15,610 nucleotides of DNA from an uncultured Dehalococcoidia bacterium (GCA_950072105.1 CATMOE010000070.1:1-15610), one strand, 5' to 3'; shown: positions 8,493-15,497, numbered from the stretch's first letter. Translations and numbers: made by a program. Notes: a model not told the origin generated them from the sequence alone.

Positions 8493-8747
8493 GGGGGATG
8501 GAAGATGTGACCGGTACGGTCGGGATGCCGAACTAGCACTGAATCCAGTTAATTGTGGTGGGTAGATCGGGTGACAGGACCTATCTGTGGTAGGCGGACG
8601 TCATGCTGAGCCAGCCTCAGCGGCGAAGCTCCGACTTCGTAGCGAGTCCTTGACGGCGTCGGGTCATTTGGGCCGGGACCGGCCGCGCCATCCCCAGATT
8701 TCTCCATACGATCGAAACGACAACATTCCCTTCTTCTGGGTGCTACA

Positions 8748-9575
8748 CTACCCGTCCAAATCCCCGCCAATCCGGTCAACCAGGCGTTGCACATCCGACG
8801 TGTCGGCTCCCGGTGGTGAGGTGGCTAGGTAGATGCGTAGGTCTTCTAGGGCGGCCTGGTGGTTGCCTAGTTGGTAGTGGATCAGACCCCGGTCCCGGCG
8901 CTCTCCGATGATGTTGGGTTGGAGGGACACTGCCAGGCCGGCGATTCCCAGGGCGCGCTGGTGGTCGTGTTGGTTCAGGTAGATGCCTTTCAGGTTTCTC
9001 AGGATGCGGGCGATGAGTTCTCGGTTGCTGACGGTGGTGAGGTAACTCTGGTCCCACGGGACGGCGGTCCGGGTGGCGTCTCGCAGCAGTTGGGCGCATT
9101 CTTCTTCTGACAGCAGAATACCCCGGTGAAAGGGGTCGATGTAGATGCCCGGCTCGTCCCGGTGCCGCAGCAGAAAATGCCCCGGCATCCCCACGCCCTC
9201 CAAAGGGACCCCCAGACGCTTCCCAACCTCGATGCACACCAAGGATAGGGTGATGGGAATACCCATCCGGCGGGCCAGCACCTCATTGAGGTAGCTGTTC
9301 CGGGGGTCGTAGTACTCCGAATCGTTGCCGTGAAACCCCACCTCGTCGAAGAGATAGGCGCTGAGGTTGTTGACGCTGGACAAAGGGTCGCCGTCGTCGC
9401 CCATCCCCTTGGCTGCGCCGGCGGCTAGACTGTCGAGGACCTCCATCTGCGCTATCACGTCCAGTTCGGGATACTCGGAGGCCGCGATCAGCAAGGCCGC
9501 CCAGGCCAGGTCGATGTCGTCCTCCGGCATGCCGCCCAATTGATCGAATTGTTCCAGGATATCTGCTCTTTCCAT
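8748..9575 (-). CDS. SirB1/YchA-family protein (transglutaminase-like core plus C-terminal TPR)
   Basis: GFHGN..YYDPRNSYLNEVL.RRMGIPITLS, GVGMPGHFL, IDPF, RILRNLKGIY and ERRDRGLI TPR. The start is probably ATG 9575 because the ORF-track ATG at 9641 overlaps a promoter-like element. Confidence 0.88.
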   Translation of the reverse strand: MERADILEQFDQLGGMPEDDIDLAWAALLIAASEYPELDVIAQMEVLDSLAAGAAKGMGDDGDPLSSVNNLSAYLFDEVGFHGNDSEYYDPRNSYLNEVLARRMGIPITLSLVCIEVGKRLGVPLEGVGMPGHFLLRHRDEPGIYIDPFHRGILLSEEECAQLLRDATRTAVPWDQSYLTTVSNRELIARILRNLKGIYLNQHDHQRALGIAGLAVSLQPNIIGERRDRGLIHYQLGNHQAALEDLRIYLATSPPGADTSDVQRLVDRIGGDLDG

Positions 9576-9631
9576 AGCGTGGAAAAGAAACCCTCCGTTG
9601 CACGGGTTCATATGGCTGGGACGATAGGATA

Positions 9632-9640
9632 ATTCTACCA
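9632..9640 (-). promoter_or_regulatory. Extended -10 element for the SirB1-family gene
   Basis: The minus strand reads TGGTAGAAT (TGn + TAGAAT), about 57 nt upstream of ATG 9575. Confidence 0.45.
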
Positions 9641-9722
9641 TCGCTCAGCGCCCTTGACCGTCGAGAGTTGGCGGCGGATTATGTAACCCCATAATCAACG
9701 AGATAAGGAGACGCAGACAGAT

Positions 9723-10484
9723 ATGCCTACCGAACTAGAGGACGTTCAGAAACAGACCGCCGCCGCCAACCGCATCCTGACCGACCTGGGGCTGGCGGTG
9801 GGAGTCACCTCGGCGCTTGGCCACGTCAGCATGCGGGTCCCTTCCGAGCCCAACAAGTTCGTGGTCAAGGGCCGGGAGTACGAGCTAGACGCCCTGTCGG
9901 AGATGCAGGCCGACGATATGGTGGTCTGCGACACCGAGGGATTCAAGGTGGGCGGACGTCCCGAACTGACCCAGTGCTCCGAGATCAAGATACATTCCTG
10001 CATCTACAAAACCCAACCCCAGGTGAACTCGGTGGTCCACGTCCACCCCCGGTACACCGTTCTCCTCAGCATTCTGGGCGTGACCATCGTGCCCATGTGC
10101 CAGGAAGGGGCCCCGCTGGTCCGCAACCCGTTGAAGGTTTATCCCCACGTCAAGACCATCCAGACCGACGAGGAAGGGATGGACCTGGCCACCCTGATGG
10201 GCAGCGACAAGGCGATCTTGATGCAAGGCCACGGCGCGGTCACCACCGGAAAGGACCTGGAAGAATCGGTAACGGCCATGCTGCAGCTTGAGGAGCAGGC
10301 CCGGATGAACTACCTGGCCTACAGCGCCGCCGGCCGCGACTACCCGAAGATCCCCCTGGAGTTGGTTGACGCCATGTCCAACCGGACTCCCCTGCATGAA
10401 CTACCCCATTTCCGGGACGTTCTGCAAGGCAAGGAGCCCCAGCGGGGCGGCATATGGGCCTACCGGGTGGCTCGGGTTTCTTAA
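9723..10484 (+). CDS. Class II aldolase/adducin family protein (Zn-dependent aldolase/epimerase/decarboxylase fold)
   Basis: GHVSMR, SEIKIHSCIY, VVHVHP and LMQGHGAVT give the His triad. AAGGAG RBS upstream. Confidence 0.9.
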   Translation: MPTELEDVQKQTAAANRILTDLGLAVGVTSALGHVSMRVPSEPNKFVVKGREYELDALSEMQADDMVVCDTEGFKVGGRPELTQCSEIKIHSCIYKTQPQVNSVVHVHPRYTVLLSILGVTIVPMCQEGAPLVRNPLKVYPHVKTIQTDEEGMDLATLMGSDKAILMQGHGAVTTGKDLEESVTAMLQLEEQARMNYLAYSAAGRDYPKIPLELVDAMSNRTPLHELPHFRDVLQGKEPQRGGIWAYRVARVS

Positions 10485-10517
10485 AGGGTGGATGGAGCGC
10501 CAGGATGATGCCTTAGC

Positions 10518-10613
10518 CTAGTGATTTTGATGAAGTACCCACCCCCCACCTTAATCCTCCCCCGCAAGGGGGCAGGACGAAGGGATGGGGGTGCGTTCGG
10601 CGAATACCCCTAG
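10518..10613. repeat. REP/MITE-like element bounded by CTAG at both ends; same family as 4999-5106
   Basis: CTAGTGATTTTGATG-N7-CACCCCCCACCTTAATCCTCCCCCGCAAGGGGGCAGGAC-GAA-GGGATGGGGGTG...CTAG, between convergent genes. Confidence 0.65.
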
Positions 10614-10642
10614 CTCTGGGCTTTAGGCTCTAAACCTGCCGC

Positions 10643-11614
10643 TTAAGTCCAGGTGGCAAAGCCCATGGCGCAGCCGGTGCCGGCGGGGGAGCGGTAACAG
10701 GGAACGTAGTCGACCAATTCCATCTTCAGATGCTCGGTGGCTCCGGTGACGGAGATCCAGTTCCTGATCTCCGAGTTTCCGGAGTGCAACTTTTCCCTGG
10801 GAAGAGCGCCCAGCTTAGCCACGCTCCTTTCTTTCATGCCGTCCAGGGCCATCTCGTCCAGACCCTCGTCGACGACGAAATGGCTGAGACCACCCGAAGC
10901 CAACACACCGACCCTAGCGTCGTTGGGCCACGCCTCGATGGCGCTGCGAACGGCCCGGCCCAGGTCGTAGCACCGCTTGGGAGTGGGCTGGTTCGGCGGG
11001 TAATAGGTGTTGACCATGATGGGCACCGCGGGGATGACCTTTTCGGTCATGATACGGTGGTAGACGTAGCCGAAGGCGTGGCCGATGCCGCCCATCGCTC
11101 TACCGCCCTTATTTGGGTCCAGGGAATTGGAGCAGGCCACGTCGAACTCGGATTCCACCAGATACTCGATCAGGTGCAGCCCCAGGGCTGAATGGGTGGG
11201 GACAGTCCTGTCTTCGGCTGAGTAGCCTATCAGCGGTTGACCGCCGTGGACTTTGACCTCGTCTCCCCAAAAGACGCAGATACCGGGCATGTTGTCGTCT
11301 AACAGGTACTCTTGCTGGTCGTCGCCCAGCATCACCAGAATATCCAGGTTCGCTTCGTACAGCGCCTTGGACAGCTTGGCGATGCTCTTTTGATTGCGTT
11401 CGTGACGGTCCAGCATCTTCTCCGGCGTGATTTCTTTGGCGATACGGTCGACGTCCGCCTTCTCCATCAAACCTTCGAAGTCGGTTACTTGGCCGTCGAT
11501 CCCCACCAGTTGCTTGTGCCGTTTGTCGTTCTCACCTCTGGCCAGCCAACCCTCGGACGCGGTGCTTAACTGGGGGCTGTGGGAGCTGCCGATACCCAAT
11601 ACTATGCGTGCCAC
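10643..11614 (-). CDS. DesZ-like (3-O-methylgallate dioxygenase-type) class III extradiol dioxygenase
   Basis: GTG start at 11614 after a GGGAGGAG RBS. MARIVLGIGSSHSPQL, LGDDQQE, HAFGYVYHRIM, VNTYYPPNQPTPKRCY, SGGLSHFVVDE, SGNSEIRNW and DYVPCYRSPAGTGCAMGF match my recollection of the DesZ subfamily. The substrate is not established. Confidence 0.85.
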   Translation of the reverse strand: MARIVLGIGSSHSPQLSTASEGWLARGENDKRHKQLVGIDGQVTDFEGLMEKADVDRIAKEITPEKMLDRHERNQKSIAKLSKALYEANLDILVMLGDDQQEYLLDDNMPGICVFWGDEVKVHGGQPLIGYSAEDRTVPTHSALGLHLIEYLVESEFDVACSNSLDPNKGGRAMGGIGHAFGYVYHRIMTEKVIPAVPIMVNTYYPPNQPTPKRCYDLGRAVRSAIEAWPNDARVGVLASGGLSHFVVDEGLDEMALDGMKERSVAKLGALPREKLHSGNSEIRNWISVTGATEHLKMELVDYVPCYRSPAGTGCAMGFATWT

Positions 11615-11682
11615 TGCGCTCCTCCCGATGCTGTATTCTTGTTGGCCGGACACCGCCAACCGGCGGTCCCAGGGTCGATAGC

Positions 11683-11711
11683 ATTACAACCTGCAGGGAA
11701 GTTCCTGTCAA
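11683..11711 (-). promoter_or_regulatory. Putative sigma70 promoter of the DesZ-like gene
   Basis: The minus strand reads TTGACA-N17-TGTAAT (perfect -35, 5/6 -10). Confidence 0.5.
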
Positions 11712-11751
11712 CCCGCGTCGCAGGACGAGACAGGCCTTGGCAACTCGGCGG

Positions 11752-12258
11752 TCAAGGATCGGCCGGACTTGGGGAAAACACGTCCTTCGACTTATCGGTC
11801 AGGTTCACGACGATAGCACCAACAGCGGTTACCAGATCTTGCGGGGTTAGCAAGATCTCCTCTCCCCACACTCCGGCTCCAACGCCCAGCAGCTCTTCAT
11901 CCATCAGGCAGGCGTCGAGAAAAGACCGGAACCCCGCAGTCTGCCAGTGAAAAGGCGGGATAGACCCGATCTCGTATCCGGTGACTTCTTTCACCGTATC
12001 CGGGCCGGCCAGCTTGATGTTGCGGGAGCCGATGGCCCGTTTCAAGTGGCCGGAAATTCCGTTTTTGTCGCCCCCAAGCATGACCAACACCCGCTCTGCC
12101 GCTCCCGTCTCAAAAATCAGGGTCTTGACCATCTGGCCCGGTTCATATCCCAAGGCGCGGGCGACACCGGCCGCTCCTTTCTCCGTATCCGGAGGAAAGC
12201 TGAGCCTCTGATGTGGTATGCCAAGTCCTTCCAAAAATCTGTGCGCCGGTAGGTCCAT
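11752..12258 (-). CDS. YbaK/EbsC family aminoacyl-tRNA deacylase (trans-editing domain)
   Basis: Conserved-Lys motif QMVKTLIF, VTGYEIGSIPPF, GVGAG and ILLTPQDL. AAGGA RBS upstream. Confidence 0.88.
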   Translation of the reverse strand: MDLPAHRFLEGLGIPHQRLSFPPDTEKGAAGVARALGYEPGQMVKTLIFETGAAERVLVMLGGDKNGISGHLKRAIGSRNIKLAGPDTVKEVTGYEIGSIPPFHWQTAGFRSFLDACLMDEELLGVGAGVWGEEILLTPQDLVTAVGAIVVNLTDKSKDVFSPSPADP

Positions 12259-12282
12259 GGCTAGTCCTTAAGTTTAATCAGT

Positions 12283-12921
12283 TTACCGTTCGTAGATCAC
12301 TACCTGCCATATCAGTGTCTTGCGGCGCGAGACGGGCCGCAGACCGTTGGAGCGGGCAACCCAGTCGATGACCGAGTCGGGATGTATAAAAACACGGAAG
12401 GAGCTGCGGCGTAGCCACATGGTCAGGTTAAACAGGCGTGCCGCAATCTTGGATGCCCAATTCGTCCGGGGATAGACCAACCCGTAAACCCGGTCGGCCA
12501 GCCGGGAAGACAACTCCACCAAGTTTTCCACATCGGGATAGCAGCAAATCACTCTTTCCAGAGTGACTATGTCCGCGCGTTCCAGGTTTGGCGCGATGTC
12601 AACGAAGTCGCCATGATGGTAGGTTATCCGGTCTCCATAGCCCTGCCGCGCCGCTTCCTCTTTGCAGGCATCGATGTAGGCCGTCGACGCCTCGACGCTA
12701 TCGGCCCGGGCTACCCCCGCTCGCAGCAACTCGTGCTGTATCGCACCGATGCCGCCGCCCACGTCCAAGAGAGAATCCCCTTCTATCCCCTTCTGCTTGA
12801 CCGCCTCGACCAACATGCTCGTAGTTTTGCTTGGACCGGACTTGCGGTAGGAGCTAAGTTTTCTGCCGGCTTCCCGTTTATCGAAGAATCCTTCGATCGC
12901 CTGGCATTGAGATCAAACCAT
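12283..12921 (-). CDS. Class I SAM-dependent methyltransferase, probable selenoprotein (Sec at codon 3, N-terminal U-x-x-C); 212 aa
   Basis: GGAGG lies 5 nt before ATG 12921. The sequence ATG GTT TGA TCT CAA TGC CAG GCG ATC GAA... is then open and in frame with ORF 12283-12816. SAM motif I LLDVGGGIG, VEAS, HGDFV and ERVICCYPD are present. The ORF-track ATG at 12816 has no SD. Confidence 0.8.
12864..12906 (-). promoter_or_regulatory. Candidate bacterial SECIS element
   Basis: mRNA apical hairpin AUCGAAG-GAUU-CUUCGAU (12897-12880), with the loop G 23 nt after the UGA. A possible lower stem is UGCC(A)GGC / GCCGGCA. Confidence 0.65.
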
Positions 12922-12950
12922 TTCGTCCTCCCGCGATACCCGTGTAGGAA

Positions 12951-14195
12951 TTACACCTTCAGTCGCCGAAGAGTGGGCCGCCACAGGCCCAGCCAAAACG
13001 CGATTAACAGGTAAAATACCGCGCCGCCGGTGATGGCGATGGGCCAGCTCACTGCATCCGCCACCATGGCCATGGGCAAAGCGCCGACAAACATCAGCCC
13101 GGCGGACAAGTACCACAGGCTCAATACCCGGCCCTGGAACTCGGTTGGCACCGTTAACTGCAGAATGGTGGTTATCATCGGAATCATGCTGGTGCCCATG
13201 CCGACGAACAATAGGGTCAACCACGTCGCCCAGAACCATTGGGTCCAGGCAAAGACGAGCAGGCTTACTCCAAACCCAAATATGCTGATCAATAAGACGC
13301 GGTTCTTGTGGGGAGAATCCCCCAAAGACGCTAGTATGACGGTGCCCACTAAAGAGCCCACCCCAGCGCCGGTGATCAGCAGCCCCGCCTCTCCCGCGCC
13401 GGCCCCCAACACGTCTTTGGCGAAGGCCGGCAATATTTGAACGTAGGGCATCCCGAAGAAGCCCATGGCAAACCCAATGGTTATCATAGTGAATACGGCC
13501 GGCGTCTTCCAGTAGAATCTCAATCCCTCGAAAAGATCGCCGAGGATAGAAGTCTTCCTCCCCGGCCTAATCGCTGACACGTGCCGGACCACCACCAAGG
13601 ACACAACGCTGATCAGATAGCAGAATGCGTTGACGTAGAGAGCGACGCCAATACCGTAGAGCTCGATAAGGCCCCCAGCCAGGGCCGGCCCCAAGATGCG
13701 TCCCGAGTTCATAACCGCCGAGTTCAGCACCACGGCGTTCATCAGGTCATCTCGCTCCACCAGATCGGACACTATCGCCATCCGGGCAGGCATATTAATT
13801 GCCTGCAGGGTACCCAGCAATAATGTGGCGGCGTACAGATGCCATATCACTATCGAGTCTGTCACCATCAAGGTAGCCAGGATGAAGATGATCGCACTGA
13901 CGGCGGCCTGGGTGCCGATCAACATCTTGCGCCGGTCTATGCGGTCGGCGATTATTCCGCCGAACAGGACAAATGCCAGGTTGGGCACCCCGTACAGGAA
14001 GACGACCAGACCCAATTGAGATGATGAGTCGGTGAGAACCAGCACCAGCCAGCCCAGGATCAAAAACTGCATCCCCCGGGCCGCCGCTTGGGCGGTGGTG
14101 CTGAGCCAGAACCATCGGAAGTCCCGATGCCGCAACGACCGGAAAATCTGCACCCGGTGTCGTACGGAAGTCAGCTGAGCGAGTAAGGCAACCAT
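12951..14195 (-). CDS. MFS transporter (DHA3/MFS_3, EntS/Tap-like export family)
   Basis: FRSLRHRDFRWFW, motif A GGIIADRIDRRK, PARMAIVSDLV...NAVVLNS, GRILGPALAG and EFQGRVLS. Confidence 0.9.
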   Translation of the reverse strand: MVALLAQLTSVRHRVQIFRSLRHRDFRWFWLSTTAQAAARGMQFLILGWLVLVLTDSSSQLGLVVFLYGVPNLAFVLFGGIIADRIDRRKMLIGTQAAVSAIIFILATLMVTDSIVIWHLYAATLLLGTLQAINMPARMAIVSDLVERDDLMNAVVLNSAVMNSGRILGPALAGGLIELYGIGVALYVNAFCYLISVVSLVVVRHVSAIRPGRKTSILGDLFEGLRFYWKTPAVFTMITIGFAMGFFGMPYVQILPAFAKDVLGAGAGEAGLLITGAGVGSLVGTVILASLGDSPHKNRVLLISIFGFGVSLLVFAWTQWFWATWLTLLFVGMGTSMIPMITTILQLTVPTEFQGRVLSLWYLSAGLMFVGALPMAMVADAVSWPIAITGGAVFYLLIAFWLGLWRPTLRRLKV

Positions 14196-14203
14196 TTTTG
14201 CTA

Positions 14204-14315
14204 GCTATCAGCCATCAGCATTCAGCTGTCAGCTTTTTGGGATCATCGACATCGATAAGTCTTGGACTGGTCATATTCTCCTGATAGCTGGTTGCTGACG
14301 GCTGACGGCTGACAG
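14204..14315. repeat. Inverted arrays of heptamer tandem repeats (GCNRTCA-like x4 ... CTGAYRG-like x5)
   Basis: Left arm GCTATCA GCCATCA GCATTCA GCTGTCA GC (14204-14233). Right arm CTGATAG CTGGTTG CTGACGG CTGACGG CTGACAG (14281-14315). Confidence 0.8.
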
Positions 14316-14396
14316 GTTCCGAATGTGGCTGGTGTATAGTAGCACCAAGCCAGGCGCCGGTGTACCGGATATCATGGCTTTCTAGGAGTAAATAAC

Positions 14397-15497
14397 GTGA
14401 ACATTACGGATTTCAGCGTCACAATGTCTAAGTGGAGCAGCCCCGCTTGGCAAACGGCCACCGCCGCTTTCGGCAGTGACAAGCTGCTAGGCGTGCTGAC
14501 TCTGCGCACCGACGAGGGCGTGGAAGGCCACGCCTTTCTAGGGTCTTCCCGCCAGGGCGCTGACGCTTTCGTGGGTCCGCTGATGCAGTTCGTGAAACCC
14601 ATGGTGATGGCCGCCAACCCCATGGACATCGGGGGCATCTGGGCCAAGATGTGGCCGATGACCCGTAACGTTTCCACTAACGCTATAGGCGCCGTTGACA
14701 TCGCCCTGTGGGACATCATGGGCAAGGTCGCCGGGCTCCCGATCCATCGCCTGCTAGGGACCTGCCGAGACCGGATACCGGCTTACGCTAGTTCCGGCTG
14801 GCTGGCAACTCCCGAGGACTACGCCGAGGAGGCGCTGCACTTCCGGGACCTGGGGTGGCCGGCCTATAAGATCCACCCTCACGCCAAGGCCAAGGAGGAC
14901 ATAGAGATCTGCCGGGTGGTGCGCAATGCCGTTGGAGACACCATGGACCTGATGCTGGACTCCATGTGGGCGTATTCCTACGAGGATGCGCTGCGGGTCG
15001 GCCGGGCCGTGGAGGACCTGGACTACTTGTGGTACGAAGACCCGTTGACCGAGGAAGACATCTATAACTACGTAAAGCTTAAGAGCCGCCTGGACATCCC
15101 CATCCTATCCACCGAGTACGCCCCTGGACGGCTTTATGGCATGGCCCAGTGGATAGAACAGAGGGCTACCGACAAATTGCGCGGGGACGTTGCGGTTACC
15201 GGAGGAATCACTCCCTTGATAAAGATCGCTCACCTGGCCGAAGCATTCCGCATGAAGTGCGAGATACACCATGGGGGTAATTCGCTGAACAACGTGGCCA
15301 ATCTGCACGTCATCATGGCGATGAACAACTGCGACTACTACGAAGTGTTTCCCGCCAGCGGCGCCAACAAGTTCGGTCTGGTGGAGGACGTGGAGGTCGA
15401 TAGCCAGGGATTGGTATACGCGCCGGAGCAACCGGGCCTGGGTTACGAGATCGATTGGGAGCTGATAGAGCGGGAGAAGGTGGAGGTAGTCAGCTAG
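14397..15497 (+). CDS. Mandelate racemase/muconate lactonizing enzyme family protein (enolase superfamily)
   Basis: AIGAVDIALWDIMGKVAGLPIHRLLG, AYAS, YKIHPH (KxH), metal ligands LMLD / WYEDP / STEY, CEIHHG and PEQPGLG. AGGAG RBS before GTG 14397. Confidence 0.92.
   Translation: MNITDFSVTMSKWSSPAWQTATAAFGSDKLLGVLTLRTDEGVEGHAFLGSSRQGADAFVGPLMQFVKPMVMAANPMDIGGIWAKMWPMTRNVSTNAIGAVDIALWDIMGKVAGLPIHRLLGTCRDRIPAYASSGWLATPEDYAEEALHFRDLGWPAYKIHPHAKAKEDIEICRVVRNAVGDTMDLMLDSMWAYSYEDALRVGRAVEDLDYLWYEDPLTEEDIYNYVKLKSRLDIPILSTEYAPGRLYGMAQWIEQRATDKLRGDVAVTGGITPLIKIAHLAEAFRMKCEIHHGGNSLNNVANLHVIMAMNNCDYYEVFPASGANKFGLVEDVEVDSQGLVYAPEQPGLGYEIDWELIEREKVEVVS

Noticed and set aside
8549..8832. Small ORFs in the coxL-like/sirB1 intergenic region
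   Set aside because: They have no convincing RBS or recognisable motifs, overlap repeat remnants and the sirB1 3' end, and have shadow-ORF composition.
12283..12816. ORF-track 177-aa methyltransferase starting at ATG 12816
   Set aside because: It has no SD. The frame stays open for 32 more codons up to a TGA two codons after a strong RBS and ATG, so it is better explained as the truncated call of a recoded gene.
12913..12915. Genome-wide UGA reassignment (Trp/Gly, code 4/25) as the explanation for the in-frame TGA
   Set aside because: The genome is GC-rich, all other genes are free of in-frame TGA and use TGG for Trp, and the YbaK gene terminates at TGA at the expected family length.
12283..12921. 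Calling the methyltransferase bchM/chlM (Mg-protoporphyrin methyltransferase)
   Set aside because: The similarity is only at fold level, there are no photosynthesis genes nearby, and the Cys/Sec motifs are not BchM features.
12913..13239. 108-aa minus-strand ORF ending ...REDEMV at the TGA
   Set aside because: It is an off-frame overlap of the MFS gene. Only its last two codons (ATG GTT) are meaningful, as the methyltransferase start.
14204..14315. CRISPR array
   Set aside because: These are 7-bp tandem units without unique spacers, in inverted arrangement, with no cas genes.
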